Shown: piece by piece, positions 16,970-24,687 of the stretch
Position numbering within the stretch: position 1 is the first letter of the stretch
Layout of the letters: every line of letters begins with the position of its first letter
Source: Candidatus Scalindua sp.
Lineage (GTDB): Bacteria; Planctomycetota; Brocadiia; Brocadiales; Scalinduaceae
Reading direction: 5' to 3'
DNA: 32,000 nt
Assembly (NCBI GenBank): GCA_031316235.1
Contig: JALDRA010000001.1
Location: 2,610,001 to 2,642,000, forward strand
The notes under the pieces: generated by a model
Database searches by the model: none
What the model was told of the DNA's origin: nothing
Seen by the model: the letters and a program-made list of their open reading frames with translations, nothing else
Program-made: the position numbers and the translations under genes

Positions 16970-17803
16970 ATGGTTACTATGAATAAACAAAAGAACAGGT
17001 TTACTATTGCTGCAGTTCAATTTTGTGCAACTGAAGATAAAAAAGAGAATCTAACATTACTCAACCAGTTTATCCAGAGCGCCATTAAAAAAAATGCTGA
17101 TATTGTAGTTTTGCCGGAAGTTTCTAACTGTTGTGGGAGAAAGGAAGTTATGGTAGAAAATGCCGAGCAGATACCCGGTTACACGACAGATTTTTTTTCT
17201 GACATAGCTAAAAAAAGTGGGATCTCTATTGTGTGTGGAAGCATATTTGAAAAGGCTGAAAAGAACAAGGTTTTTAACACTTCGGTAATAGTTGGCAGCG
17301 ATGGAGAAATTCTGGCTAAATATAGAAAGATCCATCTTTTTGATGTTGATATTTCAGGCGGGATACGATATAAAGAATCCGGCCATGTTACCGCAGGAGA
17401 CGAGATTGTTTCCGTAAACCTGGGTAATTTTGATGCCGGTCTGGTTATCTGTTACGACCTGCGTTTCTGTGAGATCTTTCGAGTTCTCGCATTGAGGGGA
17501 GCTAAGATAATCTTTCTTCCTGCAGCGTTTACTTTAGCTACGGGAAAATACCATTGGGAACCGTTGATTAAGGCCCGCGCTATTGAAAATCAGGTATTTA
17601 TCGTTGCTGCAAATCAGATAGGAACAAGCCAGAACAATATTACCTGTTATGGTAAAAGCATGATAGTTGATCCGTGGGGCAGGGTGCTGGCAGAGGCTGA
17701 AGATGATGAGAATATTATCTGTGCAGAGATAGATCTTGCTGTGTTGGATACTGTGAGGGCTGAAATCCCGACGTTTAATCATCGGCGCATTGATTTATAT
17801 TGA
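16970..17803 (+). CDS. Carbon-nitrogen hydrolase family protein (Nit/omega-amidase-like)
   Basis: Glu-Lys-Cys triad contexts: VVLPEV, YRKIHLFDVDI, VICYDLRFCEIF. It follows plsC by 17 nt. Confidence 0.85.
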   Translation: MVTMNKQKNRFTIAAVQFCATEDKKENLTLLNQFIQSAIKKNADIVVLPEVSNCCGRKEVMVENAEQIPGYTTDFFSDIAKKSGISIVCGSIFEKAEKNKVFNTSVIVGSDGEILAKYRKIHLFDVDISGGIRYKESGHVTAGDEIVSVNLGNFDAGLVICYDLRFCEIFRVLALRGAKIIFLPAAFTLATGKYHWEPLIKARAIENQVFIVAANQIGTSQNNITCYGKSMIVDPWGRVLAEAEDDENIICAEIDLAVLDTVRAEIPTFNHRRIDLY

Positions 17804-17814
17804 ATTTGGAGATT

Positions 17815-18990
17815 ATGATGAAATTAGTGTACGTGGATAATAATGCCACAACTCAGGTTGATGGTAGTGTCCTTGAAGAAATGCTGCCATATTTCAGAGA
17901 ATTTTATGGGAACCCTTCAAGTTTGCATACATTTGGGAGACAAGTTGCCGGTAAAATAGAAATTGCCAGGGAAAGGGTTGCCGATCTCTTAGGTGCTAAT
18001 TCATCTGAAATTGTATTCACAAGCTGTGGAACTGAAAGTAATAACAACGCAATACACTCTTCTCTGGAGGCAAATCCTCAAAAAAGACATGTTGTTACTA
18101 CCAAGGTAGAACATCCTGCTGTCTTAAATTTATGCAGATATTTCGGAAAAAATGGTTATGAAGTCACAGAATTGAGTGTTGATGAAAATGGAATGATTGA
18201 TCTGGATAATTTAAGGGAGGCAATACGAGAAAATACGGCTATCGTTTCCATAATGCATGCAAATAATGAAACGGGTATAGTTCTTCCTATCGAAGAGATT
18301 GGTAAAATAGTGAAAGAAAAAGGGGTTCTCTTTCACTGCGATGCTGTGCAGGCGATTGGCAAAATACCGGTTGATTTAAGAAACAGTCATATTGATCTCC
18401 TGTCGCTTTCGGGTCATAAGCTGCATGCACCTAAAGGTGTTGGTGTCCTCTATATTAGAAAAGGGGTAAGGGTCAACCCGCTGATTATTGGTGGACATCA
18501 AGAAAACAACAGACGCAGTGGTACAGAAAATGTACCATCTATCATAGGTTTGGGAAAAGCTTGCGAATTAGCCAAAATATCAAGAGACGAATATTCAAAC
18601 CGGGTAAAGGGTCTCCGGGATAAGCTGGAGCAAGGTATTAAGGAGACCATTACAAAGGTAACAATAAATGGAGAAAAGAGTAACCGCCTTCCCAATACGA
18701 GTAATATTGCCTTTGAATATGTTGAAGGGGAAGCTATCTTGTTATTACTTGACATGGTGGGAATCGCAGCCTCATCCGGCTCAGCATGTACTACGGGCTC
18801 AACAGAACCCTCTCATGTTTTGCAGGCAATGGGCGCTCCCGTCTCTCAGAGCAGGGGTGCAATCAGGTTTAGTCTGAGCAGGTATAGCACAGATGATGAA
18901 ATTAATTATATCCTTGAAAAACTACCGCCCATCATTAAGAAACTGCAGGACCTTTCACCGATTTTTGATGATTCACTGGGGATTGGTTGA
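17815..18990 (+). CDS. nifS: Cysteine desulfurase, NifS/IscS class
   Basis: VYVDNNATT, GNPSSLH, PLP-lysine context LSLSGHKLHAPKGVGVLYIRKG, RSGTENVP, catalytic Cys loop SSGSACTTGS. ATG at 17815 (or 17818) after GGAG. The track ORF opens at a TTG at 17800. Confidence 0.9.
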   Translation: MMKLVYVDNNATTQVDGSVLEEMLPYFREFYGNPSSLHTFGRQVAGKIEIARERVADLLGANSSEIVFTSCGTESNNNAIHSSLEANPQKRHVVTTKVEHPAVLNLCRYFGKNGYEVTELSVDENGMIDLDNLREAIRENTAIVSIMHANNETGIVLPIEEIGKIVKEKGVLFHCDAVQAIGKIPVDLRNSHIDLLSLSGHKLHAPKGVGVLYIRKGVRVNPLIIGGHQENNRRSGTENVPSIIGLGKACELAKISRDEYSNRVKGLRDKLEQGIKETITKVTINGEKSNRLPNTSNIAFEYVEGEAILLLLDMVGIAASSGSACTTGSTEPSHVLQAMGAPVSQSRGAIRFSLSRYSTDDEINYILEKLPPIIKKLQDLSPIFDDSLGIG

Positions 18991-19076
18991 TGTAAAGTTA
19001 ATTTCTTCCGGAAACCCTGCTCTCTGAGATCGATAGATTCAGCCATTGGATGTATGTGGATAGAAAAATCTCCTTA

Positions 19077-19118
19077 TTTTTAGAGGGATAGGCGTCAGCA
19101 CCTATCCCTCTAAAAAAG
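19077..19118. terminator. Long perfect stem-loop between convergent nifS and htrA
   Basis: TAGAGGGATAGG (19081-19092), 8-nt loop, CCTATCCCTCTA (19101-19112), extended by a flanking T-run on the 5' side and an A-run on the 3' side. The U-tract therefore precedes the stem on both strands, which is atypical for an intrinsic terminator. Confidence 0.4.
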
Positions 19119-19127
19119 AGTTAACGA

Positions 19128-20639
19128 CTATTTGCTTTTTACAATCACAAATTGCGTCAGCATACCTCTTTGTACGAGAAACAATATATCATTATTTTTG
19201 TCTGTTTTCTGTAAGGCTTTATTGAACTCTTCCACAGTACTAATTTTTTTCCTGTTCACCTCTATAATCAAGTCTCCTTCTTTTATGTCAGCCTGATCTG
19301 CCGGGCTCTCAGGCTCAATCGACGAAACGATAACGCCATTTTCATCCTCATACCCTAAACTATCCGCAAGCTCTTTTGTTAACTCCTGAACTGCCAGCCC
19401 CAGAGCATTGCCTTTTGACGAAGGCTGGCCTCCGGCAAACAGATCTGCAGGTTGCTCATCGATCGTGACGGTTAACGCTTTTTCTTTGCCTCCTCTCAAG
19501 ACTCTGACTTCGACCTTTTTATCAACCTCTGTCTGGGCTACAACATTTCGTAATTGATTGAGATCTTTTATTTCTCTGTTGTCATACCATATTATGATAT
19601 CACCGCTTTCTATGCCGGCCTCTTCTGCAGGCGAGTCTTTCTGTACGTCACTGACCAGCACGCCTTCTGTTACGTCTACATTAAATTGTTTTGCAAGTGC
19701 AGGATCAAGATCCTGAATAACAACTCCCAGCCAGCCACGGGTGACTTTCCCCTTATCTATCAAATCTCTCAGTACGCTTTTTGCCATGTTTATGGGTATC
19801 GCGAATCCAATACCCTGATACCCTCCGGAGCGTGTAGCGATTACGGTATTTATGCCAATGACCTCACCTTTTATGTTAACCAGAGGTCCTCCGCTGTTAC
19901 CAGGGTTAATGGCAGCGTCAGTCTGAAGAAAATCCTCATATTGTGCAATACCAACTCCAGACCTCTTCGTTGCGCTTATAACACCCAATGAAACGGTCTG
20001 GTTAAATCCAAACGGGTTCCCTACTGCTATTGCCCACTGGCCAGGTCTCATTTCATCGGAATTGCCCATTTTGGCAGGAATCAAATTTTCTCCTTCAATT
20101 TTCACTACCGCCAGATCTGTTTGCGGGTCGGTTCCGATAATTACGGCATCAAACTCTCTTTTATCACCAAGCGTCACCTTTAATTCATCGGTATCCTCAA
20201 CAACATGGTTATTGGTTAATATATATCCCCTTTTATCAACAATTACCCCGGACCCAAGGCTTTGTGACTTGTATTCCCCTTCGGGTTTCCGGGGGGAAAA
20301 TTTTTCGAAAAAATCATCTCCAAAGAAATCACGGAATGGGTCTCTGCCTCTTTCTTGTCTGTCGCCGTGGTAATTACCTGTCGGATGCTTGAAGACTTTT
20401 ACTGTCGTGACGGAGACAACTGAGGGTTTTACAAATTCAGCCACAAGCTCTAATGATTTTTCCAGGGTATTTGCTACACTATGCAGTTTTTCAATCTTTT
20501 TTGACAGGTTTTCGTTTTCCTCTCTGGCCGATGCATGAACCGTGTTTGATGAAGAGGTGCATTCGCCTAGCAACGCCAAGATTAAGACTAGTAATAGGAT
20601 AAAAGAGTATTTTTTTATGCTCCAGTTTTTCATATACAA
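19128..20639 (-). CDS. htrA: Periplasmic serine endoprotease HtrA/DegP with two PDZ domains
   Basis: Signal peptide. Triad contexts LTNNHVV, TDLAVVKI, GNSGGPLVN. Two PDZ-like regions. The track ORF opens at a TTG at 20639 (AGGAGG 5 nt upstream). The first ATG is at 20633. Confidence 0.9.
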   Translation of the reverse strand: MYMKNWSIKKYSFILLLVLILALLGECTSSSNTVHASAREENENLSKKIEKLHSVANTLEKSLELVAEFVKPSVVSVTTVKVFKHPTGNYHGDRQERGRDPFRDFFGDDFFEKFSPRKPEGEYKSQSLGSGVIVDKRGYILTNNHVVEDTDELKVTLGDKREFDAVIIGTDPQTDLAVVKIEGENLIPAKMGNSDEMRPGQWAIAVGNPFGFNQTVSLGVISATKRSGVGIAQYEDFLQTDAAINPGNSGGPLVNIKGEVIGINTVIATRSGGYQGIGFAIPINMAKSVLRDLIDKGKVTRGWLGVVIQDLDPALAKQFNVDVTEGVLVSDVQKDSPAEEAGIESGDIIIWYDNREIKDLNQLRNVVAQTEVDKKVEVRVLRGGKEKALTVTIDEQPADLFAGGQPSSKGNALGLAVQELTKELADSLGYEDENGVIVSSIEPESPADQADIKEGDLIIEVNRKKISTVEEFNKALQKTDKNNDILFLVQRGMLTQFVIVKSK

Positions 20640-20860
20640 AGCTGCCTCCTTACTGATTTTTAGAAATTGTTTAAAAACTTTCTCAACTGCAATAAATGAT
20701 ATCCGCCCTATTAATCAAACGCTCCATATAGAAAAGGTCATGCGGGCAGCATGGAGTGGACGCCTTTCTACCCACACCATCAGCCAGAATATACGTCTGG
20801 CCGGAACGAAACGTGATCGGAAATGCGTGACCGACTGGTGAGTCAGCAGCAGCCAATCAT

Positions 20861-23482
20861 TCACAATTCTTTCTCAATGCTTTTTACTCGATCTTTCGCC
20901 TGTTCGGTTCGTATATAAGTGAGATCACGTATGGAACCAAACAATTCGATTGACTTCTTTTCGTCTATAATGCACCAATACGCCTCTTTTGCCCTGTCAT
21001 AATAGATCTTTTGTTCCTCCTCAAACAACAAGGCCAGCTCTTCATAGAGATTGCCGATCCGATACTGTGCATTTACGGGTGTGATTCCCTTAAATTTTTC
21101 TATTATCTCCTGAAACCTATTGATTGCCCGATTATAATAAATCTTTGAACCGTCCCCGTCTCCCACATCATAAAGTGCCAGGCCAACATAATGGTAGGCT
21201 TCTGCTACCGCATAAGAATGCTCTTGAGCCTCATCTTTGTATCCCTCTCTGAGCTCTTCCAATATATTTTTATACCTCTGTTCCATCGCTTCCACAAGAC
21301 TTATGCTCAGGGGGATCTCGGAATCGTCTATTTCATTACGGCTCGCCACTTTTACCCGGGGGAAGAGAAGTTTGGTCAGGCAATTGCAATTCAGCCCCTT
21401 TACAAAATAGAGTTCTTCCAGAGAACCGAATTTTGCATTGTTTTTTCTATACTGTAAAATAATCTCTGTTTCTTCTTTATCTATTCGAAATCCATTATTG
21501 AGTAAAGTTGAGAGATCGTTATCATTTGCCCTGCAGAGTGCCTTGTATAATCTGAGGAGGGTAATCAGGATTGCCAGTTTCTGAGAAGGTGTTTCTCCAT
21601 GCAATACCGTTCTCCTGAAAAATATCAGCCAGGGATTTTTACAGGAAAATCTTACAGATTCCGGTCTGGTGTAAAAAACTTCAAGGGCGGTAGTAAGTTT
21701 GCGGCAATTCCAATCTTTAGACTCTTCATAGCCTGAATCCTGATATATTCTGTCAATTCGATGAAAGTATTCTGCTATTATGTGTCTCATCTCTATAGCG
21801 TTAACCTTTCGGTGCAGTTTCAATTCATGGGGCCTGTATTTTAAGGCCTCTCTGTAACAACAGAGCGCATCATTAAATTTTTTTGCATGACTGTTTTTGT
21901 CTCCCATGAATTCATAAAACCTTTTAAACATTTTCTTGTCTCTCAAGGCTTCCTTCTCCTCTTTATCCAGGCATTCCGACTTTGCAAAGTGCTCTATGAT
22001 TTCTCTTGGGGTCTGCAGTGATGCTTTTGTAAGGAACTCAAGTCCGGAAATATATTCGTAAACGGAATGACATTTTAAAGTTAAGTCGTTATCTGGCGGG
22101 AACTGTTTTCTTGCTTTTTGCACACAGCCCCGCGCCTCTTCAAACAGACCGAACTCAGCATATGCCTTTCCTAATTGGAGCAGTAAGCCTGCACCTGTTT
22201 TCTCGTTTGTCTGCTGCGCACGTTCATATTCGTTCCTATATTTACCAATCGTTGTCTTGTAGATAATGGGAATAATTTCAATAGTATTGCAGGCAATACG
22301 AATTACCTGTACTTTGACATCACCCGTTTCTGAATCAATCATAACCCCTGGGACTTCGCTCCCATCAGGGAATTGTATCCGGGGATTCTTTTTTATCACG
22401 CCGGCAGTAAAAACAGAGCTCTTTCCTTTTACCAGGTCTTTTGAGGTCAGGATCCTGTTCCAGGGCATTTCCTCCCTTTTTTCTGTGCAGGGCCGCACAA
22501 TTTTGAAATTTCTCAGGGTGTCTATTTCATTTTTTCTAAAAAGTTCCCAATTCTCTTGTTTTCTCAGCAACTCCTCATCCAGAGCAACTTCTGAGGGTAA
22601 TATCCTCAATGTTATTTCGCCTCCTAAATGTGCAACTATTATTCCACTCAACACAGCTTCAGGAACGCCTCCTACTCCCAGAATAAGGTCTATTTCGTTT
22701 CTCACTGCAGCGAAAGTCGGAGTGAGGTCATCGTCTTTAACAAGAATTGCAGTGGCACCCATGTTTGATATGGTTTCTGCAAGTTTTTTATGCCTCGATC
22801 TCTCCAGAGTCAGAATCCTCATCTTTTTGATTTCTGCCCGGATATTATCCGGGCTTTGTTCTTCGTTCCTGTTTTTCAGTGTATGCTGGGCCATTAATGT
22901 CAGATTCTGCGTAACAGGCAGGTCTGCACGTACACCTGCTCCCTTATATTTGTTTCCGACAATAGTCTTCATTCCGTACATATCTGGTGAATTGAACAAT
23001 CCGCCCCTGTTACTATATCCAACGGCAAAAATTGAACCTCCTTCAGAATCCGGATCAACGATGCACCGATCGTTCTCAAAGGCGCTGAGCGCAATATCAG
23101 CCTCCTCTCTCTTGTATCCTGTTGCAGAGCCGAATCTCTCTCCTATGTACAACATGGGCATATCCTTGCGTTCTCCCTCGGCATTTACCACATAAGCCTG
23201 CCACCAGTTAAAACTATTGTATATGTGTCTCAGCCACCAGACTGCCATACCCCGTGTACGAAATATGTTGAAATCTTCCCCATTGGTGCTGAAATATTTC
23301 AAGGAGCGAGCGGCAACAACCCCTACAGCATGTAGTAATTCATTTCTGTTTTCCAGTTGAAGAGTAGTGCCGGAAGTCTTCAGGTCATATTCTTTGGGAA
23401 TATACGCTTCTGTTATGTGGGGTTCGTACAGCATCTTGGGTTCAAACTTTTCGTCCTTTATAAATGAGAAATTGTTTTCCAT
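20861..23482 (-). CDS. Fusion protein: class II fructose-1,6-bisphosphatase (GlpX)-like domain + TPR-like helical repeats with embedded ComEA-like HhH module
   Basis: GlpX signatures from memory: AEGERKDMPMLYIGE, VDPDSEGG, SPDMYGMK, VKDDDL, GVGGVPEAV (aa ~45-410). TPR-like pairs include LGKAYAEFGLFEEARGCVQKA, FNDALCCYREALKYRP, AEAYHYVGLALYD...YYNRAINRFQ and YRIGNLYEE. HhH-like segment at aa ~652-708. Confidence 0.8.
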   Translation of the reverse strand: MENNFSFIKDEKFEPKMLYEPHITEAYIPKEYDLKTSGTTLQLENRNELLHAVGVVAARSLKYFSTNGEDFNIFRTRGMAVWWLRHIYNSFNWWQAYVVNAEGERKDMPMLYIGERFGSATGYKREEADIALSAFENDRCIVDPDSEGGSIFAVGYSNRGGLFNSPDMYGMKTIVGNKYKGAGVRADLPVTQNLTLMAQHTLKNRNEEQSPDNIRAEIKKMRILTLERSRHKKLAETISNMGATAILVKDDDLTPTFAAVRNEIDLILGVGGVPEAVLSGIIVAHLGGEITLRILPSEVALDEELLRKQENWELFRKNEIDTLRNFKIVRPCTEKREEMPWNRILTSKDLVKGKSSVFTAGVIKKNPRIQFPDGSEVPGVMIDSETGDVKVQVIRIACNTIEIIPIIYKTTIGKYRNEYERAQQTNEKTGAGLLLQLGKAYAEFGLFEEARGCVQKARKQFPPDNDLTLKCHSVYEYISGLEFLTKASLQTPREIIEHFAKSECLDKEEKEALRDKKMFKRFYEFMGDKNSHAKKFNDALCCYREALKYRPHELKLHRKVNAIEMRHIIAEYFHRIDRIYQDSGYEESKDWNCRKLTTALEVFYTRPESVRFSCKNPWLIFFRRTVLHGETPSQKLAILITLLRLYKALCRANDNDLSTLLNNGFRIDKEETEIILQYRKNNAKFGSLEELYFVKGLNCNCLTKLLFPRVKVASRNEIDDSEIPLSISLVEAMEQRYKNILEELREGYKDEAQEHSYAVAEAYHYVGLALYDVGDGDGSKIYYNRAINRFQEIIEKFKGITPVNAQYRIGNLYEELALLFEEEQKIYYDRAKEAYWCIIDEKKSIELFGSIRDLTYIRTEQAKDRVKSIEKEL

Positions 23483-23490
23483 TTTCTGTT

Positions 23491-24255
23491 TTAACGGATA
23501 CCGTTATGTCCCGATTGGGTGATAGCATCGTCTGCGGTTACCAGATACTTTAAACCCGGCTTTTTTCCATCGGAGATCTCTTTCCTCAGCCATTCGATCG
23601 CATAGACCCTGAATTTTCTTCCGTACTTATGAGTCATACTCCAAAAACTGCATGGTATCGTGCAGCCACGAGGGGTCTCAACGATATCAAGTAGTTTAAC
23701 TCCAGACGCATACCCTTGCCGGATTTGGTTTTTCCTTTCCGGCAAGGCTGCTTTTGTAAGATCTTCAAGGGATCCCGGTTGGTTATGGACGAAAACGCCG
23801 TCTTGACTGAATGATAATCCCATCACATCTCTGTATGCGGTTTTATTTTCAAGAGCATTGACGGGCTCCCCGAAGCTGAGGCCGTTATCACCCCGAAGAA
23901 TAAAATCGAATGGGCCGGGCACCTCATCTTCTTCAATCTCTTTATGCATGAGTTCCCCATGGCAACTACCTGTCACAAATTTGATAGTGCTATCAAGGTT
24001 TTTGATGAAGGAGACAATACGTCTGGCAGTGCGCAACAGAAAGCTCATTGCACTGATACCGATAAGTTCAGGTATGACTGCAGGGAGGGTGTTTTTAATA
24101 ACCGGGGTGAGTTTTTGTAGAACGGGGAGCTGCTCTGCCAGGTAGATGCCACACCCCATGAGATTTCCGGTAAGGGAAGATATGGCCGGATTGGGAAGTC
24201 TCCGCCCCTTTAATGGCGGCACCGTATCCGGCATGGGAAAAAGTGCAATCCTCAT
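23491..24255 (-). CDS. Truncated B12-binding/radical-SAM-like protein with degenerate cluster motif (possible pseudogene)
   Basis: The N-terminal two-thirds resembles the B12-binding domain of class B rSAM enzymes (ELIGISAMSF...IKFVTGSCHG...DFILRGDNG...GLSF..DG). The rSAM core begins ETPRGCTIPCSFWS, so CX3CX2C has become CX3CX2W. The ORF stops about 45 aa later (254 aa versus about 450-500 expected). The stop is 8 nt from the next ATG. Confidence 0.6.
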   Translation of the reverse strand: MRIALFPMPDTVPPLKGRRLPNPAISSLTGNLMGCGIYLAEQLPVLQKLTPVIKNTLPAVIPELIGISAMSFLLRTARRIVSFIKNLDSTIKFVTGSCHGELMHKEIEEDEVPGPFDFILRGDNGLSFGEPVNALENKTAYRDVMGLSFSQDGVFVHNQPGSLEDLTKAALPERKNQIRQGYASGVKLLDIVETPRGCTIPCSFWSMTHKYGRKFRVYAIEWLRKEISDGKKPGLKYLVTADDAITQSGHNGIR

Positions 24256-24450
24256 AGCTTATTCTTTATACCTTTTAAGAGGATGATGTATGGGTAATTC
24301 AATCAATAGTGCAAAAATTCTGATGAGTACCGATCATAGTATTTTATCACTTTCAAACTGAAAAAAGTGTATCTGTTACTTATACCAAACATTATGTATG
24401 TTGTAAAATAAATTTACATTTTAAGGATACGGGATCTGGATGGTCACAAT

Positions 24451-24479
24451 TTGACATTTAAAACCTGCTTTGATACTAT
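24451..24479 (+). promoter_or_regulatory. Extended -10 sigma70-like promoter candidate for cooS
   Basis: TTGACA (24451-24456), 17-nt spacer whose last 3 nt are TGa (24471-24473), TACTAT (24474-24479). It lies about 210 nt upstream of the GTG start, in a 430-nt AT-rich divergent intergenic region. Confidence 0.4.
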
Positions 24480-24687
24480 TTATAATTAAAATTTGTGGGA
24501 AGCTGCTTTTGCCGTATCAGGGCAATGACTGCCTCAGGAAACATCATAACAATTTCACGATAAAGCGAATCCATTCTTAAAAGGGGGATCGTTTTCTTAT
24601 AAAATTTTTTAAGCAATCTGATATCTCTTCTGCAGGTACTGTTGAATTATCAATTGGGACAACAGAGAGTGAGAAAAGGAGTGGACT

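Noticed and set aside
19077-19118. Canonical bidirectional intrinsic terminator
   Set aside because: The stem is real and strong. However, the T-run lies 5' and the A-run 3' of the stem on both strands, the opposite of the A-stem-U arrangement. It is reported only as a stem-loop or possible terminator with reduced confidence.
2-20639. htrA copies as terminal inverted repeats of a mobile element
   Set aside because: The copies are diverged at nucleotide level and are complete functional-looking genes. No transposase, integrase, tRNA target or direct repeats are present. The content between them is housekeeping plus the lipid operon.
22266-23195. 309-aa ORF on the + strand
   Set aside because: It is entirely antisense to the GlpX-like domain, which has clear family motifs. 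The translation is Ser/Phe/Leu-rich low complexity with no motifs or SD. This is a typical shadow ORF.
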